NCBI RefSeq assembly: GCF_036321535.1
Contig: NC_087436.1
Span: 84,136,001-84,200,000 of the forward strand
DNA from: Camelus dromedarius
Lineage: Eukaryota
DNA: 64,000 nt
Direction: 5' to 3'
Part shown: in pieces, positions 13,248-24,590 of the stretch
Layout of the letters: each line of letters begins with the position of its first letter
Numbering within the stretch: position 1 is the stretch's first letter
Translations under genes and position numbers: made by a program
Notes under the pieces: model-generated
Database searches by the model: none
Seen by the model: only the letters and a program-made list of their open reading frames with translations
Told to the model about the DNA's origin: nothing

Positions 13248-13894
13248 TGTTAGAGCAGGCAGATACTTAGATATGAGCAGAGAAAGGAGGACACAGATCA
13301 AATGGCAGGAATTGGGCAGAAAGGAGGGGCACAAGCCAAATGCAGGAAACCACACATCATGTAAGCACCAGGGGTCCCTGGGCAGAGAAAGAAAAGCAGG
13401 AAACTTGGGGCTGATAAGGGATCACACCTTTTGGGTGGCCTGGAAACAAAGAAAGGTGAGAAAAGGCAGGAATTTCCAGTGTCCAAATGTAACCTTTTGC
13501 TCATTATACCCTCATTTCAATAAAATTAACCTTGCAGATCAGAAGTACCCACCATACACCGACGCCATGACACTTCCAATCCAGACTAAGTAAGGAAAAA
13601 AATCCCTCTTTCCTTTGGGAAGGTGGAGTTGGGATGATAATCAGGGAATATGACCCCAAACCCTTTCCTCCTCAATGAATATTCTGCCCATTCATTTTTA
13701 CACCCTGTGTAACTAACTTGCCAAAGAAACACAGGGCAGCCGCTCACCTGAGCCTGCCCACTCTCCCCTTGAGAGTGTACTGCCCATCTTTTAATAAATC
13801 CTTACCTTACTTTTTTTAACCTCTAAGTCTTGTCTCTGAGTTCTTTCTGGGACGGGACAAGAACCTGGAATACCGGTTGCATCCACCAGCAACA
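13248..13894 (+). mobile_element. ERV1-class solo LTR (647 bp)
   Basis: TGTTAG...CAACA ends, AATAAA at 13793, perfect 4-bp TSD GGTG at 13244-13247 and 13895-13898. Confidence 0.88.
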
Positions 13895-14097
13895 GGTGCT
13901 ATGAGTGAGGTTGTGAATTTTTAGCCTAAAAATGAACCCCTTCCATGATGGAGAAATAAAGAATGCTTAAAGGTAGTTGCAAGGGGAATTGGGGACCATA
14001 CACATCTTTCCTGAATTGGGCCTCATGTAAAAATGATTGCTCATCACTAATCCATGCTGGCTGCACTGCCTTCTCAAGGTCTCTATGTACTCAAGAC

Positions 14098-14848
14098 TGT
14101 GACACTGAAGGAGGATTAATAAAATGGCCACACTTAGGCTAACAGATTGCTTATTCTTTAATTTTTGCTTTAGTTTTTTTTTGGGGGGGGGGAGGTAATT
14201 AGGTTTATTTACTTATTTCAGCTGAGGTACTTGGGACTGAACCCAGGACCTCCTGCATACTAAGCACGCACTCTACCACTCAGCTATAGCCTCCCCCAGA
14301 TTGCTTATTCTTATGCTTGCCCTTAGAACGGTCAACAAACCTGACCAACAGGTTGCTCCCCACAGCTCCAGGCCCGTTGTTAAAACTAGAGCTGTTGATC
14401 TTACTGTTTCTACTTTATTCCAGTAATTGAAAGGAATAATCATGCTTGGTCTTTGAGTCATTCTCCAAGGAGAAGGTCACAGGGCTGTAACCTTACAAAA
14501 TAACCTGAATTACCAAGAAGACCACACCTTGGGTGTTCTTGTAAGATAAAGAGATGGAAACAGTGACAACCACTAGTCTTTACAGAACTGGTCGCCTGGA
14601 GGCATCATGATGCCACTCTAAGTCTTCTGATGAGAAAACGATTCTGTTGATTGTTATTGAAGACTTGGTGTTTGAGCTATGGTTATATGACCATTCTAAC
14701 TCCCTCCCCAAGGTGGGTTCACAGTTTTGAAGGCACTAGCCTGCTGTGAGTCCCCTTTGCCCGGCAAAGCAATAAAATTGCCTTTTTCCTTCTAAGCTCC
14801 AAGACCTTGTCTCTGGGTTATTCGACTCATCAAGGACAGGGGCCAACA
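14098..14848 (+). mobile_element. ERV1-class solo LTR containing a SINE
   Basis: TGTG...CAACA ends, AATAAA at 14771, perfect 4-bp TSD AGAC at 14094-14097 and 14849-14852. Confidence 0.85.
14159..14296 (-). mobile_element. tRNA-derived SINE (Vic-1-like) nested in the LTR
   Basis: Perfect 16-bp TSD cagattgcttattctt at 14143-14158 and 14297-14312. Confidence 0.9.
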
Positions 14849-15461
14849 AGACCTTTGAAGCTTGAGGCTCTGTCACATTTATTCCTGGAGTGGCCACACA
14901 GCTGACATTCAGTAAACATGTTTGTTTATTTAGGAGAGAAGCTGTCTGTGTTCTGTGGGCAGACATCATCACATTCCTGCCTTTTTGCATGAATCTTAGA
15001 CTCAGGCCTCATCCCTGCAAAACCAAACCAGTGTCCCCATAATCCACCCATTTTCTCTCACTTGCCCTTAACCGTGGCCTTGGCTACTGTTTTTTCTCTT
15101 TCTCCGAAAAGAGAGAGTGACTAGGTCCTCTTCTCCTACTCCCCAACATTGTAAAATCCCCAGCATTGTAAAAGCAGTTTCCTTTACTCACAGAAACTGT
15201 CCCAGCTGCATTCAGCAGGGGCCTTTTCGTTGAGAAACCAGCTGGGCCCCGTTTTGTCCCTTCGCATGCGCGGCTGCTGATTCTGTCGCCTTGTCATGCT
15301 TCCATCCTGGCCTCCCCAACAACACACTGTGCCTCCGGGTCCCCAAGGACCCTCAGGCCACTTCTCCCCTTCCCCATATCAGATCCTCCCTTTAGCCCCC
15401 AAACATAAGTGCTGCTGAGGTTCTAACGCTGCTCTCCCCCCACCTCCCTCCCGTCTAGAAC

Positions 15462-15947
15462 CTGCTCCTAAACAGGCTCCACCTGCACCAGCAGCACTGG
15501 CCTCACTGAGAGCCTGTTAGAAATGCAGAACCTTAGATCCTACCCTGCACTTCCTGCATCAGAATCTGCATTTTTATTAAGATCCCCAAGTGACTCATCT
15601 GCACATTAAAGTTGAAGAGGTGCTGGTCTACAGCAGCACCATCCAACAGGAATACAGTGTGGCCCACACGTGTAATTTGAAATTTCTAGTAGCCACGTTA
15701 AAAACGTGACAAGAAACAAGTGAAATTCATTGTCATCATATTGTTCCTTTAACGCAATGTAAATCCAGACTCTTACAATTTCAGCGTGTAACCCATATGA
15801 AAATTACTGAAATAGTTTACGCTCCTTTTTTTGTAGTGAGTTTTTGAAATTCAGTGTATATCTTACCCTTCCAGCACACTTCACCACAGCCTCATTTCAA
15901 GTGTTCAGCAGCCACGCAGCTAGAGGCTACAGTATTAGACAGCGTAG
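15462..15947. mobile_element. Adjacent MER5-like and MER33-like hAT-Charlie elements
   Basis: tgttagaaatgcagaa...atcagaatctgcatttt (MER5) and aaatttctagtagccacgtt...atttcaagtgttcagcagccac (MER33). Confidence 0.7.
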
Positions 15948-16909
15948 CTCTGGAGTTTGGCACGTAGATTAAGGTTCAAATGAACAAAATCTGTGTTTGA
16001 ACCTCACTTCAGCACAGATCAGCTTTGTGATCTTGAGCAAATTACCCTTCTCTGGATTCCTTTCCACATGATGTGAACAGAGTAAGAGTAACCAATTCGC
16101 AGGGTCGATGCAGATTACAGTGTCTGTAAAAGTATACAGTTAGCCCTTTATAAATGGTGACTATTAATACTCTCCTGTATTTTCTGGGCTTTATCTAATT
16201 ATATGCAAAATTTGCCTTCTTAATAAGCAACCCATTAACTACCATTATTATTATTTGTAGAAAATTTTCTTACAACTTAATAGTTATTAAAAGACTGTTT
16301 TAGTGCTTCTTCGCATGGTTTTTAGCAATTGATTCAGATATAAACAGTTTAAATCCTTGCTTCCACAGTTAGATGATGGCATACACTCTGGAGCCAGGTT
16401 GCCTGGCTTCACGTCCAAGCTCTGTCACTTACCAGCGGTGCCTCAGTGTCCTCATCCAAAATAGGGCTAAGAACAGCCTCTATCTATGGAGTTGTAAAGA
16501 TTAAAGGAATGAATAAATAGAAATTCCTTACACCAGTACCCGACCCATACTAGGCATTATGCAGGTAATAATAATGAACAAATCAATGATAACAAGTATC
16601 AAAAGTTTGGGGATATTAGAAATGCCTGTGTTAAAGTGTTAAACAGAACACAGAATGGTTCTTACAGTATGATCACAACTATATTAAAATCAAACTTGTA
16701 GAATTATGGTTAGGAGTAAGATGCCAAATGTTAATTTTGATTTTGTTTGGGAGAGAATTTTGAGTGATTTTCTTTTCCTTTTTGCTTTCCTAACTATGTA
16801 TTAATTTTGTAATGAGGGAAACCAAATTAACTTTATTTTTAAAATTGCTCACTGGTTGAGAGCATGGGGTGTGGAATAATGCTCCCTGGGTCCCCCTGAG
16901 AGCACTGTG

Positions 16910-17335
16910 GTAAGTGAAATAAGTCAGACAGAGAAAGACAAATACTGGATGGTCTCACTTACCTGTGGAATCTGAAAAAAAAGCCAAACTCCTAGAAATA
17001 GAGACTAGAATGGGGATTTCCAGAGGCTGTGTGGGTAGAAGAAATGGGGAGTTGTTGGTCAAAGGATACAAACTTCCATTTACAAGATGAGCAAGTTCTG
17101 GGGATCTATTTATAACTCGGTGACTATAATGAACAGTGTATCATATACTTGAAGGTTGCCAAGAGACTAGGTTTTAAATGTTCTCATCATTCACAATCTG
17201 TAGTTATGTGAGGTGATGGATGTGTTAGCTCACTTTATTGTGGTAATCATTGCACATTATATATGTGTATCAAATCATCATATTGCACACTTAAACTTGC
17301 ACAATGTTATATCTCAGTAAAGCTGGAAAACAAAA
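16910..17335 (+). mobile_element. L1 3'UTR (L1MA/MB-like)
   Basis: taagtgaaataagtcagacagagaaagacaaatact...acaatgttatatctcagtaaagctggaaaa. Confidence 0.85.
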
Positions 17336-18002
17336 TAAGAAATGAGGAAGAAAAGATTCACTTCACAGATTACAGAGAAGCAAATTTTAATTTTATTTTA
17401 ATTAAATCAAATATTAAAACAAAACCCCAAATTCCCTGGGCTCTATTCTGGCTATGCTGTTCACTAGCTGATGGCCTTGGATAAGTTAATTAACTCCTCT
17501 TTGCCTTGATTTCCTCATCTATGAAATGAAAATAATAATTTTACTTAACTCACAAGAGTTGTTGTGAGAATTAAATTATATAATACTTGTAAAGGTCTTG
17601 GGAAAATGCCTGGCACATAGAATGCTGGTGATAATGAAGACGAAACAGGGGAAGGAGGAGGAGGGGGACGAGAAGAAGGCCTGTGTTAGTTATGTGTGCC
17701 TCCCCTTGGTTTGAATCCTGATTAGCTGTTGGAGTTAGGGCGTGTTTCTCAAGTTCTCTGAGCCTTAGCTTCCTTGTCTGTAAATGAAATAACAACACAG
17801 ACAATATGCATGGGTCAGAAAGATTGATACTGGGAATAAATAAGATCATTCATGTATAGTGCCTGGACCACAGTAAGCTCAATAATGTTAAGTATTTCTT
17901 AAAAATTAAAACAAATTGGAATAACAATGTCTACTTCATAGGTTGCTGTGAAGATAAAATGCACTTGGAAAACTTAAGTACCATAAAAATGTCAACTCAT
18001 TT

Positions 18003-18017
18003 CCACTAGATGGCAGC
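18003..18017 (+). promoter_or_regulatory. Candidate CTCF site
   Basis: CCACTAGATGGCAGC matches the CTCF core CCASYAGRKGGCRS. Motif match only. Confidence 0.55.
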
Positions 18018-18867
18018 AGACGTCACCAAGTACAGTTTAGCCTAATTAAACACAGAGCTGAGGAAGAACACTAATACAAGACAGTTTTCCTGCAATTCCT
18101 TACTTCTGTGATTATACGGGAATGTGGTTGGACGGTATATATTATTTCAAAGGCGTGATCTACCTGCTTAGGCTTAGGAATATTTTTGTTTGATGTAGAT
18201 TGTGAAAAAGGATTGTTTTTATTAGAGAGTCTGTTCTAGAGCCACATTCATCTTCTCCCTCAGTTCCGTCTTCAACTCTGGACATTCCCACATACACCTA
18301 TGCTCTGGCCTAGCCCCTTGTTACTCAAGTGTGTAGTCCATGGACCACCAGCAGCAGCCTCACCTGGGAACTTGTAGAAATGCAGAATCTTGGCCTTGCC
18401 CTAGACTTACTGAATCTCAGTGATTCACAAGTATATCAAAGTCTGAGAAACACAGCTTTAGCCACAATGAACCTCTTAGAATTCTCTGAAGGAGTCATGA
18501 AAACTTTGCACCTGCTGGTCTTCCCAAACCAGAAACAACCCCTTCCCCATCTGACAGGCAAACTGGTCGTTTATTTACTCTTCCTATTTAACTTATTAGG
18601 GAGGCAAATAGCAGGTTGCTAAACTCAGTTCAAGGAGGATAGATGAAACTTGTAAAAAGTCTATAGAAAAAAGAATGTTCCGACAAAGCTGAAAATTAAA
18701 TACAATGCTCTTTTAAGTCAACAGATCAATAAAACAATAACCTTTGGAATAATATTTTCTACCTGACAAAGACATTTGCAACTTATCATCTACAAGTTAA
18801 GATCCAACTATACAGAATCTAAGCCCTATCAGTAATAAATAATATGCCAAATAAGATAACATCCTCT

Positions 18868-19080
18868 AGCAAACTACTATATATAAATTAAACAAGTCCT
18901 ACTGTATAGCACAGGAACTATATTCAACATCCTATAATAAACTATAATGGAAAAGAATATAAAAAATTATAGATATATATAAATTATATATATATATGTA
19001 AAACTGAATCACTTTGCTGTATACCAGAAACTAACACAGCACTGTAAATCAACTATACGTCAATTAAAAACAAGAAAAAA
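18868..19080 (+). mobile_element. 5'-truncated L1 3' end
   Basis: ctactgtatagcacaggaactatattcaa...actatacgtcaattaaaaa. TSD aagat(a/g)acatcctct. Confidence 0.85.
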
Positions 19081-19444
19081 AGATGACATCCTCTCAAATC
19101 TGATGACCTCCTTGCAGGCTTCTTAGACAATCCTCTAGTTTGGCTTTGCAGAAGCACATAGTGATATTTTGCTTTATTTCCAAGTTTTGGATGATTTTAT
19201 TTAAAAGTTTAAATTTGATGACAAGAGACAACAGAAATACACGTGGCAACTTAGAAACTTGACTTGATAGAGTAGGATTCCCATTATGTTAGTGTCAGTG
19301 GAGGAAGTGAGTATTTACACCACGGAGCTGAATGGAAAGGAAAACAAGATTGAATTAGGCTTGAGTTTTATATCTTCTGGACCTTTTTAGCCCCACTACA
19401 CTAACTATAAAATGGAGATAACATTTATTTCATTTGGCAATTAA

Positions 19445-19730
19445 TCTCCAATATTTTGGTCCTGGAGTCCAAGATCAAATTTTCATACTCTTAAAAATTA
19501 TTGAAGATCCTAAAGATTGTCTTCTGTCATGTCTATCAATGTTTAATAATATTTGAAATTAAAACTAAGAAATTTAGAAAATATTACCTCATTTAAAGTA
19601 ATAATAATAAAACTCATTACTTTTTAACATTATGGTAACAAGTAATGAATTTTATTATCATTATTATTATTATTATTTATAACAAAATTTTTGTGAAAAA
19701 TACTATATTTTCCAAAACCCCACAAAAGTT
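19445..19730 (+). mobile_element. Charlie1-like hAT fragment
   Basis: actcttaaaaattattgaagatcctaaag...gaaattaaaactaagaaattt...tactatattttccaaaac. Confidence 0.6.
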
Positions 19731-19924
19731 TGGTTTTGATCCAGAGACCCCAGTTAAAGTTTTCCACAGTGTCTTTGGTGCTTCTGTAACTTTCATTTAG
19801 GTTAGATCAATAACTTGCTGGCCCAAAATGGGCCTAGGGGTGACAGTATATATTTTTGGTTTTTGTATGGCCTGATTAACTATACCAATTAAATTTTTAA
19901 AAATTCTCTGATCCATAGGTTCTT

Positions 19925-20690
19925 TTTTATTTAAAAAATTATTTATTTGCTCATTTATTTATGTATTAATCTACAATATTATGTTAGTTTCAGGTGTACA
20001 ACATAGTGATTCCATATTTGTATAGATTATACTCCATTTAAAGTTATTATAAAACATTGGCTATATTCCCTTTGCTGTACAATATATCCTTGTATCTTAA
20101 TTTATTTTATATGTAGTAGTTTGTACCTCTTAATCCTCTTATCTTGCCCTCTCCCCATTCCTCCTCCACTGTAACCACTAATTTGTTCTCTATATCTAAG
20201 TCTGTTTCTGTTTTATTTTATTTATTCATTAGTTTTATTTTTTAGATTTTTAGGTTTTTAAAATTTTTTTTATTGAAGTGTAGTTGATTGGATTTTTAGT
20301 TTTTTGATGAACCCCCATACTATTTTCTGTATGGCTGAACTAGTTTACATTTCCACTAGTAGTGTACAAATGTTCCCTTTTCTCCACATCATCGCCAAAG
20401 TTTGTTATTTGTGGACTTTTTGAAGATAGCCATTCTAACAAGTGTGAGGTGATATCTCATTGTGGTTTTGATTTGCATTTCCCTGATGATTAGTGATGCT
20501 GAGTAGCTTTGTTGGCCAACAGAATCTAAGCCCAATCAGTAAGAAATAATAAGCCTGTTGGCCATGTGTGTCTTTAGAAAAATGTCTTTTTAGGTCTTCT
20601 GCCCATTTTTGAATTGGAATGCTTATTTTTTTGATATTGGGTTTTATGAGCTGTTTATATTTTTGGTACTAACCTCTTATCGGACATAGG
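19925..20690 (-). mobile_element. L1 3' fragments (antisense)
   Basis: ttagtttcaggtgtacaacatagtgatt, and gtgtgaggtgatatctcattgtggttttgatttgcatttccctgatg. Confidence 0.85.
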
Positions 20691-21229
20691 ATCTATTGGT
20701 CTTGTATAATCAATTAGGAGTAGGTTACGCATTGATTGTGATAAGTATTTGTTTTTTGTTGCCATTTTAACTGGGCTATTTATCATGGTAATATTACTAG
20801 AATGTAAGCTCTTTGAGGGCAGGGATTTTTAGTATGTTTTGTTCACTGTTAAATATGGTTTTATGGACAGTGCACATATAGCATTTTGTAAATATTTGTG
20901 AAATGGATGAATGGATAAAATAAATGCAACATCATATCTTCTGGGTAGTGGGGACAGTTTCATTCAAAGATGTTTATCTCAAAAATTTTTTTTCCTATAA
21001 TTTCCAAATTGTGAAACCGCAGAGTCTCCAAAAAAAAAAAAAAAGCTCTAAAAACAACTTTGTGTGAAGAATGATAAATACTTGAGAATTCTCTCCAAAG
21101 AAGTACAATTTAAATTTATTGATGATTAGTTTTTTTAAAAATTCTGAGAACCAGGTGTGTAGTGAGTTAGCAAAAATATTTTTTGATAAATTCTCAGTTT
21201 TGATCACTATGTCTCTGTTTTCTCCCTCC

Positions 21230-22242
21230 TTCATAGGCTGCTTCTCCACGTCTGTCAAAGTTCTGCACATAGTAGTGCCCCAGGGCTCTGATCTTGGACC
21301 TCTGTCATACTCTCCCCCTGGGCATTGGGGTCCATGGTTTTCAATACCTTTGATATGCTGATGACTTCTGCATTTACATCTCCAGCTCCAAATTTGTAAT
21401 TTCAACTACTTTGTCTACACGTCCACTTGGATGTCTAATGTGCCTCCTCTGCAAACGTTCTTTATCACAGAAGTGGCATCAACACACATCCAGCTGTTCA
21501 GGATAAAAATCTCAGGAAGCATCCTTGGTTCTTCTCATCACTCCAATTGGTTCCACCTCCAAAATAAATCCTGAATCTGATCACTTCTCACCAGTCCCCT
21601 GCTACACACTAATTTAAGGCACCATCTGCTCTTGCCTGGATTACTGCAAAAGCCACCTAATTTGTCTCCCTGCCTCCACTCTTACCTATCTCCTGTCCAT
21701 TCTTCATCCAATGTCTTAAAATGTAAGTCAGGTCAGGGGCAGTCCATTACTTAAAGTCCTCCACTGGCTTCCCACTGCAACCAGAACAAATCCAAAGCCC
21801 TTATCATGACCTACATCATCACGCACACTCTTGGCCTTGTGATTCTATCGCCCTCACCTTTCCCCCTCCTTCACCCAGGGCTTCAGCTGAACACACTGAA
21901 CTGGCTCCTGCCTCCAGATCTCTGCTCTTGCTTTTCTGTGAGCCTGAAATGTTTGTCACCAAGGTCTTCACCAGGCTTCCCTCTCATCCTTCAGCTTTCA
22001 GGTTAAATGTCACCTCTGAAGGGCCTTTTCTGATCTTCCAATGGAAGTCTTCCCCTGCCCCCACCACTCTCTAGCACTTAATTTTAGGAAGTATTGTATT
22101 CACTTGTTTTGGAGTTCCCTGTGTCACCCCGTCCCTAGCACCTACACTAGAAAGCTTCTTGAGAGCAGTGACCTCCTTTGCTGAGTTCAGCCCCAAAACA
22201 TTTCCTGGGACAGAGCAGATGCTCAGAAACTGAGGTTGACTG
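21230..22242 (+). mobile_element. L2 element (RT remnant to 3' end) abutting the SPINK2 promoter
   Basis: Encodes VPQGSDLGPL (RT motif GVPQGSVLGP). Also ccacttggatgtctaa and cttgcctggattactgc, and an L2-like tail near 22240. Confidence 0.8.
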
Positions 22243-22299
22243 AAGGAGCCATCCAGGGCTCTTACAAGGTTCTTGTTCGCTGCAGGGAGAGATGGTCCC

Positions 22300-22820
22300 C
22301 ATAATCGTTTACTCCCGTCCTCCACGGGGCGAGGAGCTGAGGTCTAGCAACCACCTCTCCTCTAGCTTCCTGTCCCTCCTTCCTCCCTTCTGCCGCCCCG
22401 CCCCCCATCCTTTCCTGCTCCTCCCCCTCCTCCTACCTGCCTGGTTCATCTCCCCTCCGCCCCATCCTCCCTCCGCTTACCGCCCCTCCCTCGCCCCACC
22501 CCGTCGCGTGTCCGAACCAAGGGCGCCCTCCGTGTCGCGCGGGCGCCGAAGAGCTCGGTGACCGATGGCCGGCCGCGGAGGGAGGATGGGGCTCGCGGCG
22601 CTGCGTTTGGTGCCGTTGCTCCTGGTCTGGTGGGACTCGGCAGGTAATGCTCCCCATTCGGCCGGCTGCCCTAGGACCGGCCGGCCGAGGAGTAACCAAA
22701 ATGGGGATCTCGCCGCAGCTGCCGCTCCCCGGAACCGGGCCTTGGCGTCGCTCGGCCGCACTCGTTACTGGCGGTTCCGGGCCGGCCTTGCGGTCCTCGA
22801 GGGACTCGAAGTTGGGAGTG
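22300..22820. promoter_or_regulatory. SPINK2: CpG island / GC-box promoter of SPINK2
   Basis: The only strongly GC- and CpG-dense block in the window. CCGCCC boxes near 22393, 22457 and 22480. Overlaps exon 1; no obvious TATA box. Confidence 0.88.
22586..22643 (+). CDS. SPINK2: SPINK2 coding exon 1 (signal peptide MGLAALRLVPLLLVWWDSA), phase 1
   Basis: ATG in strong Kozak context (ggAggATGG) inside a CpG island. Hydrophobic leader resembling the human SPINK2 leader MALSVLRLALLLL. Donor CAG|GTAATG at 22644. Confidence 0.9.
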
Positions 22821-23483
22821 TGCAGGGATGGCATTGTGCAGCCAGCAGCCCTCTTTAATTCTTGCTTGGGCTTCGTTCCCAGCATCTTCTTAGTGACACC
22901 TTGCTGTCTGCTCATTCTCCCCTCAAGCGGATTTTCTGGCGCCCACGATCCGGAGTTGGGTGTTTATGGACCCAGGAGCCGTACAGACCTCGGCAGGAGA
23001 TGTACAGGAATCAGGAACTGTGAATGCTAAGCGTGCCAGGCACTCTGGGGCTCATGAAAAAGGGGCTTTTTAGTCCAGCCAGACTTGCCACCCATGTAAA
23101 CTGTAGTTAAAATGGTTAACACCTAATGTTAAGTTTCATGTTTATCACTCTGAGCCGCAGAGGAAAAGAATATCGTGAATTAAGAGTTACTTCTCTGATT
23201 TTTGTTCCGCAGCTGTAAATTCCTTCCGCAAGTAATCCTGTTAGGGTGGTCAGTTACGGAACCAGTACCAATGATTTCTGTGGGCCTGCTAGGAGGGGTG
23301 TCAGAACACAACTGAATATCCTTTTTTGGAGGGGGTGGGGAGGCTGGCTTGAAAGAAGCTTGGTATCTGAGGGAAAGGGAGAAGGTGTGGCCTGTATAAA
23401 TCACCAGCCGGATTTTTAAAATTCCTTATGAACAAGAATTAACTTTAATCTCATCCTTTAAAATGTCTGTTTCCTTCTTGCAG

Positions 23484-23527
23484 CCTCTCTGAACACTCAG
23501 TTTGGTGAAACTTCAGAATACAGAACG
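23484..23527 (+). CDS. SPINK2: SPINK2 coding exon 2 ((A)SLNTQFGETSEYRT)
   Basis: Acceptor ttccttcttgcag|CC and donor ACG|GTAAGT. 44 nt keeps the frame. Matches human ASLIPQFGLFSKYRT. Confidence 0.93.
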
Positions 23528-23832
23528 GTAAGTAGGAAACCACTTGTATTGTTTCTACTAACACAGTGAAGCCCACAACAGTTTGGGCTGGAGGCTGGTT
23601 TTCAGGTCTGACCTGCCACTTTTGAAACCACTGAGTGCTTCTCTAGCAACCAGATTCGCAGGCAGGGCTTTGGACACAGATCACAACGTAAATTTTGGTT
23701 GAAAATTAGGTCAGGCCTTGAAGGCCCCAGGGCTTTGTTTCCTTCAATATTTCCTTTAATGATTCAGAAGGTCCTAGGCCTAAAGATTATACTTTGTACT
23801 AGACATTTGATATATATTATCAAATTAAATTC

Positions 23833-24377
23833 TGTGGAACTAAAGGAAGACCAGCCAAATGAGAACAAGCAAAAGCTAGTTATAGAGCTAGATGGAACTA
23901 GTGAGTCAGCCAAGCCGCCTGCATTTGGGCTGAGATTCAAAGGCAGAGGAGCGGGAAAGCTTTACAATGGGGAAAAGGGAAGACTTCAGGTGTGCCCTGA
24001 TTGAGGCTGTTGGCATGGGGAAGCTGCAGGTTGGTTAACTAGACGCAGGCACGCTATGTGATTGGTTGGGAGTGCGTATTTGGTTTTCTCTGATTGGTTG
24101 GAAGTTGGAAGTGGGGACAAAATTTAGGGAAGCTAATAGTTATTACTCAAGCCCTGGCCATTTTGGGCTGATTGTTACAGAGGTTATTGTGTGGCTTCCT
24201 GGACTTCACTCGAGGTAGCCATCTGACTCCTGCCACGTCCGACTTATAGCAGGTGGCTTCCTGGGCTGGTCATTCTAAATAATGAGTTGGTTTCCTGGGT
24301 GGGCTGCTGCAGGTTGTGGGTCAGAGTTCTATTTAAATATCTGGCCTGGCACTGTTCATTTTATATTCAGTCTCTCA
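23833..24377. mobile_element. Solo ERV LTR in SPINK2 intron 2, inserted in a MIR (probably antisense)
   Basis: TG...CA ends with perfect 4-bp TSD ATTC at 23829-23832 and 24378-24381. Several ATTGG (CCAAT on the - strand). Confidence 0.8.
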
Positions 24378-24590
24378 ATTCTCACGATGACCTTGTAAGA
24401 TAGACAGATACTATTATTATACCTATAAGGATTTGACCTCAGTGGGTTAGGTAACTTTGAATATTCAATTCAGTGTAGACCTTTTCCAGGAAGCCTTCCC
24501 ATCCTGTTTTCTTCCTCCAAAGCAGACATAAACACATTTTCTCTGTGCTTCCATTCAACTTATACAGCATCATCAAAATCACCATGTTAG

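Noticed and set aside
15263..15272. NRF1-like motif CGCATGCGCG
   Set aside because: A single imperfect motif in probable old repeat sequence, with no supporting promoter context.
22433..23030. Overlapping 94-160 aa ORFs on both strands
   Set aside because: Expected stop-codon depletion in a GC-rich CpG island; no domain similarity.
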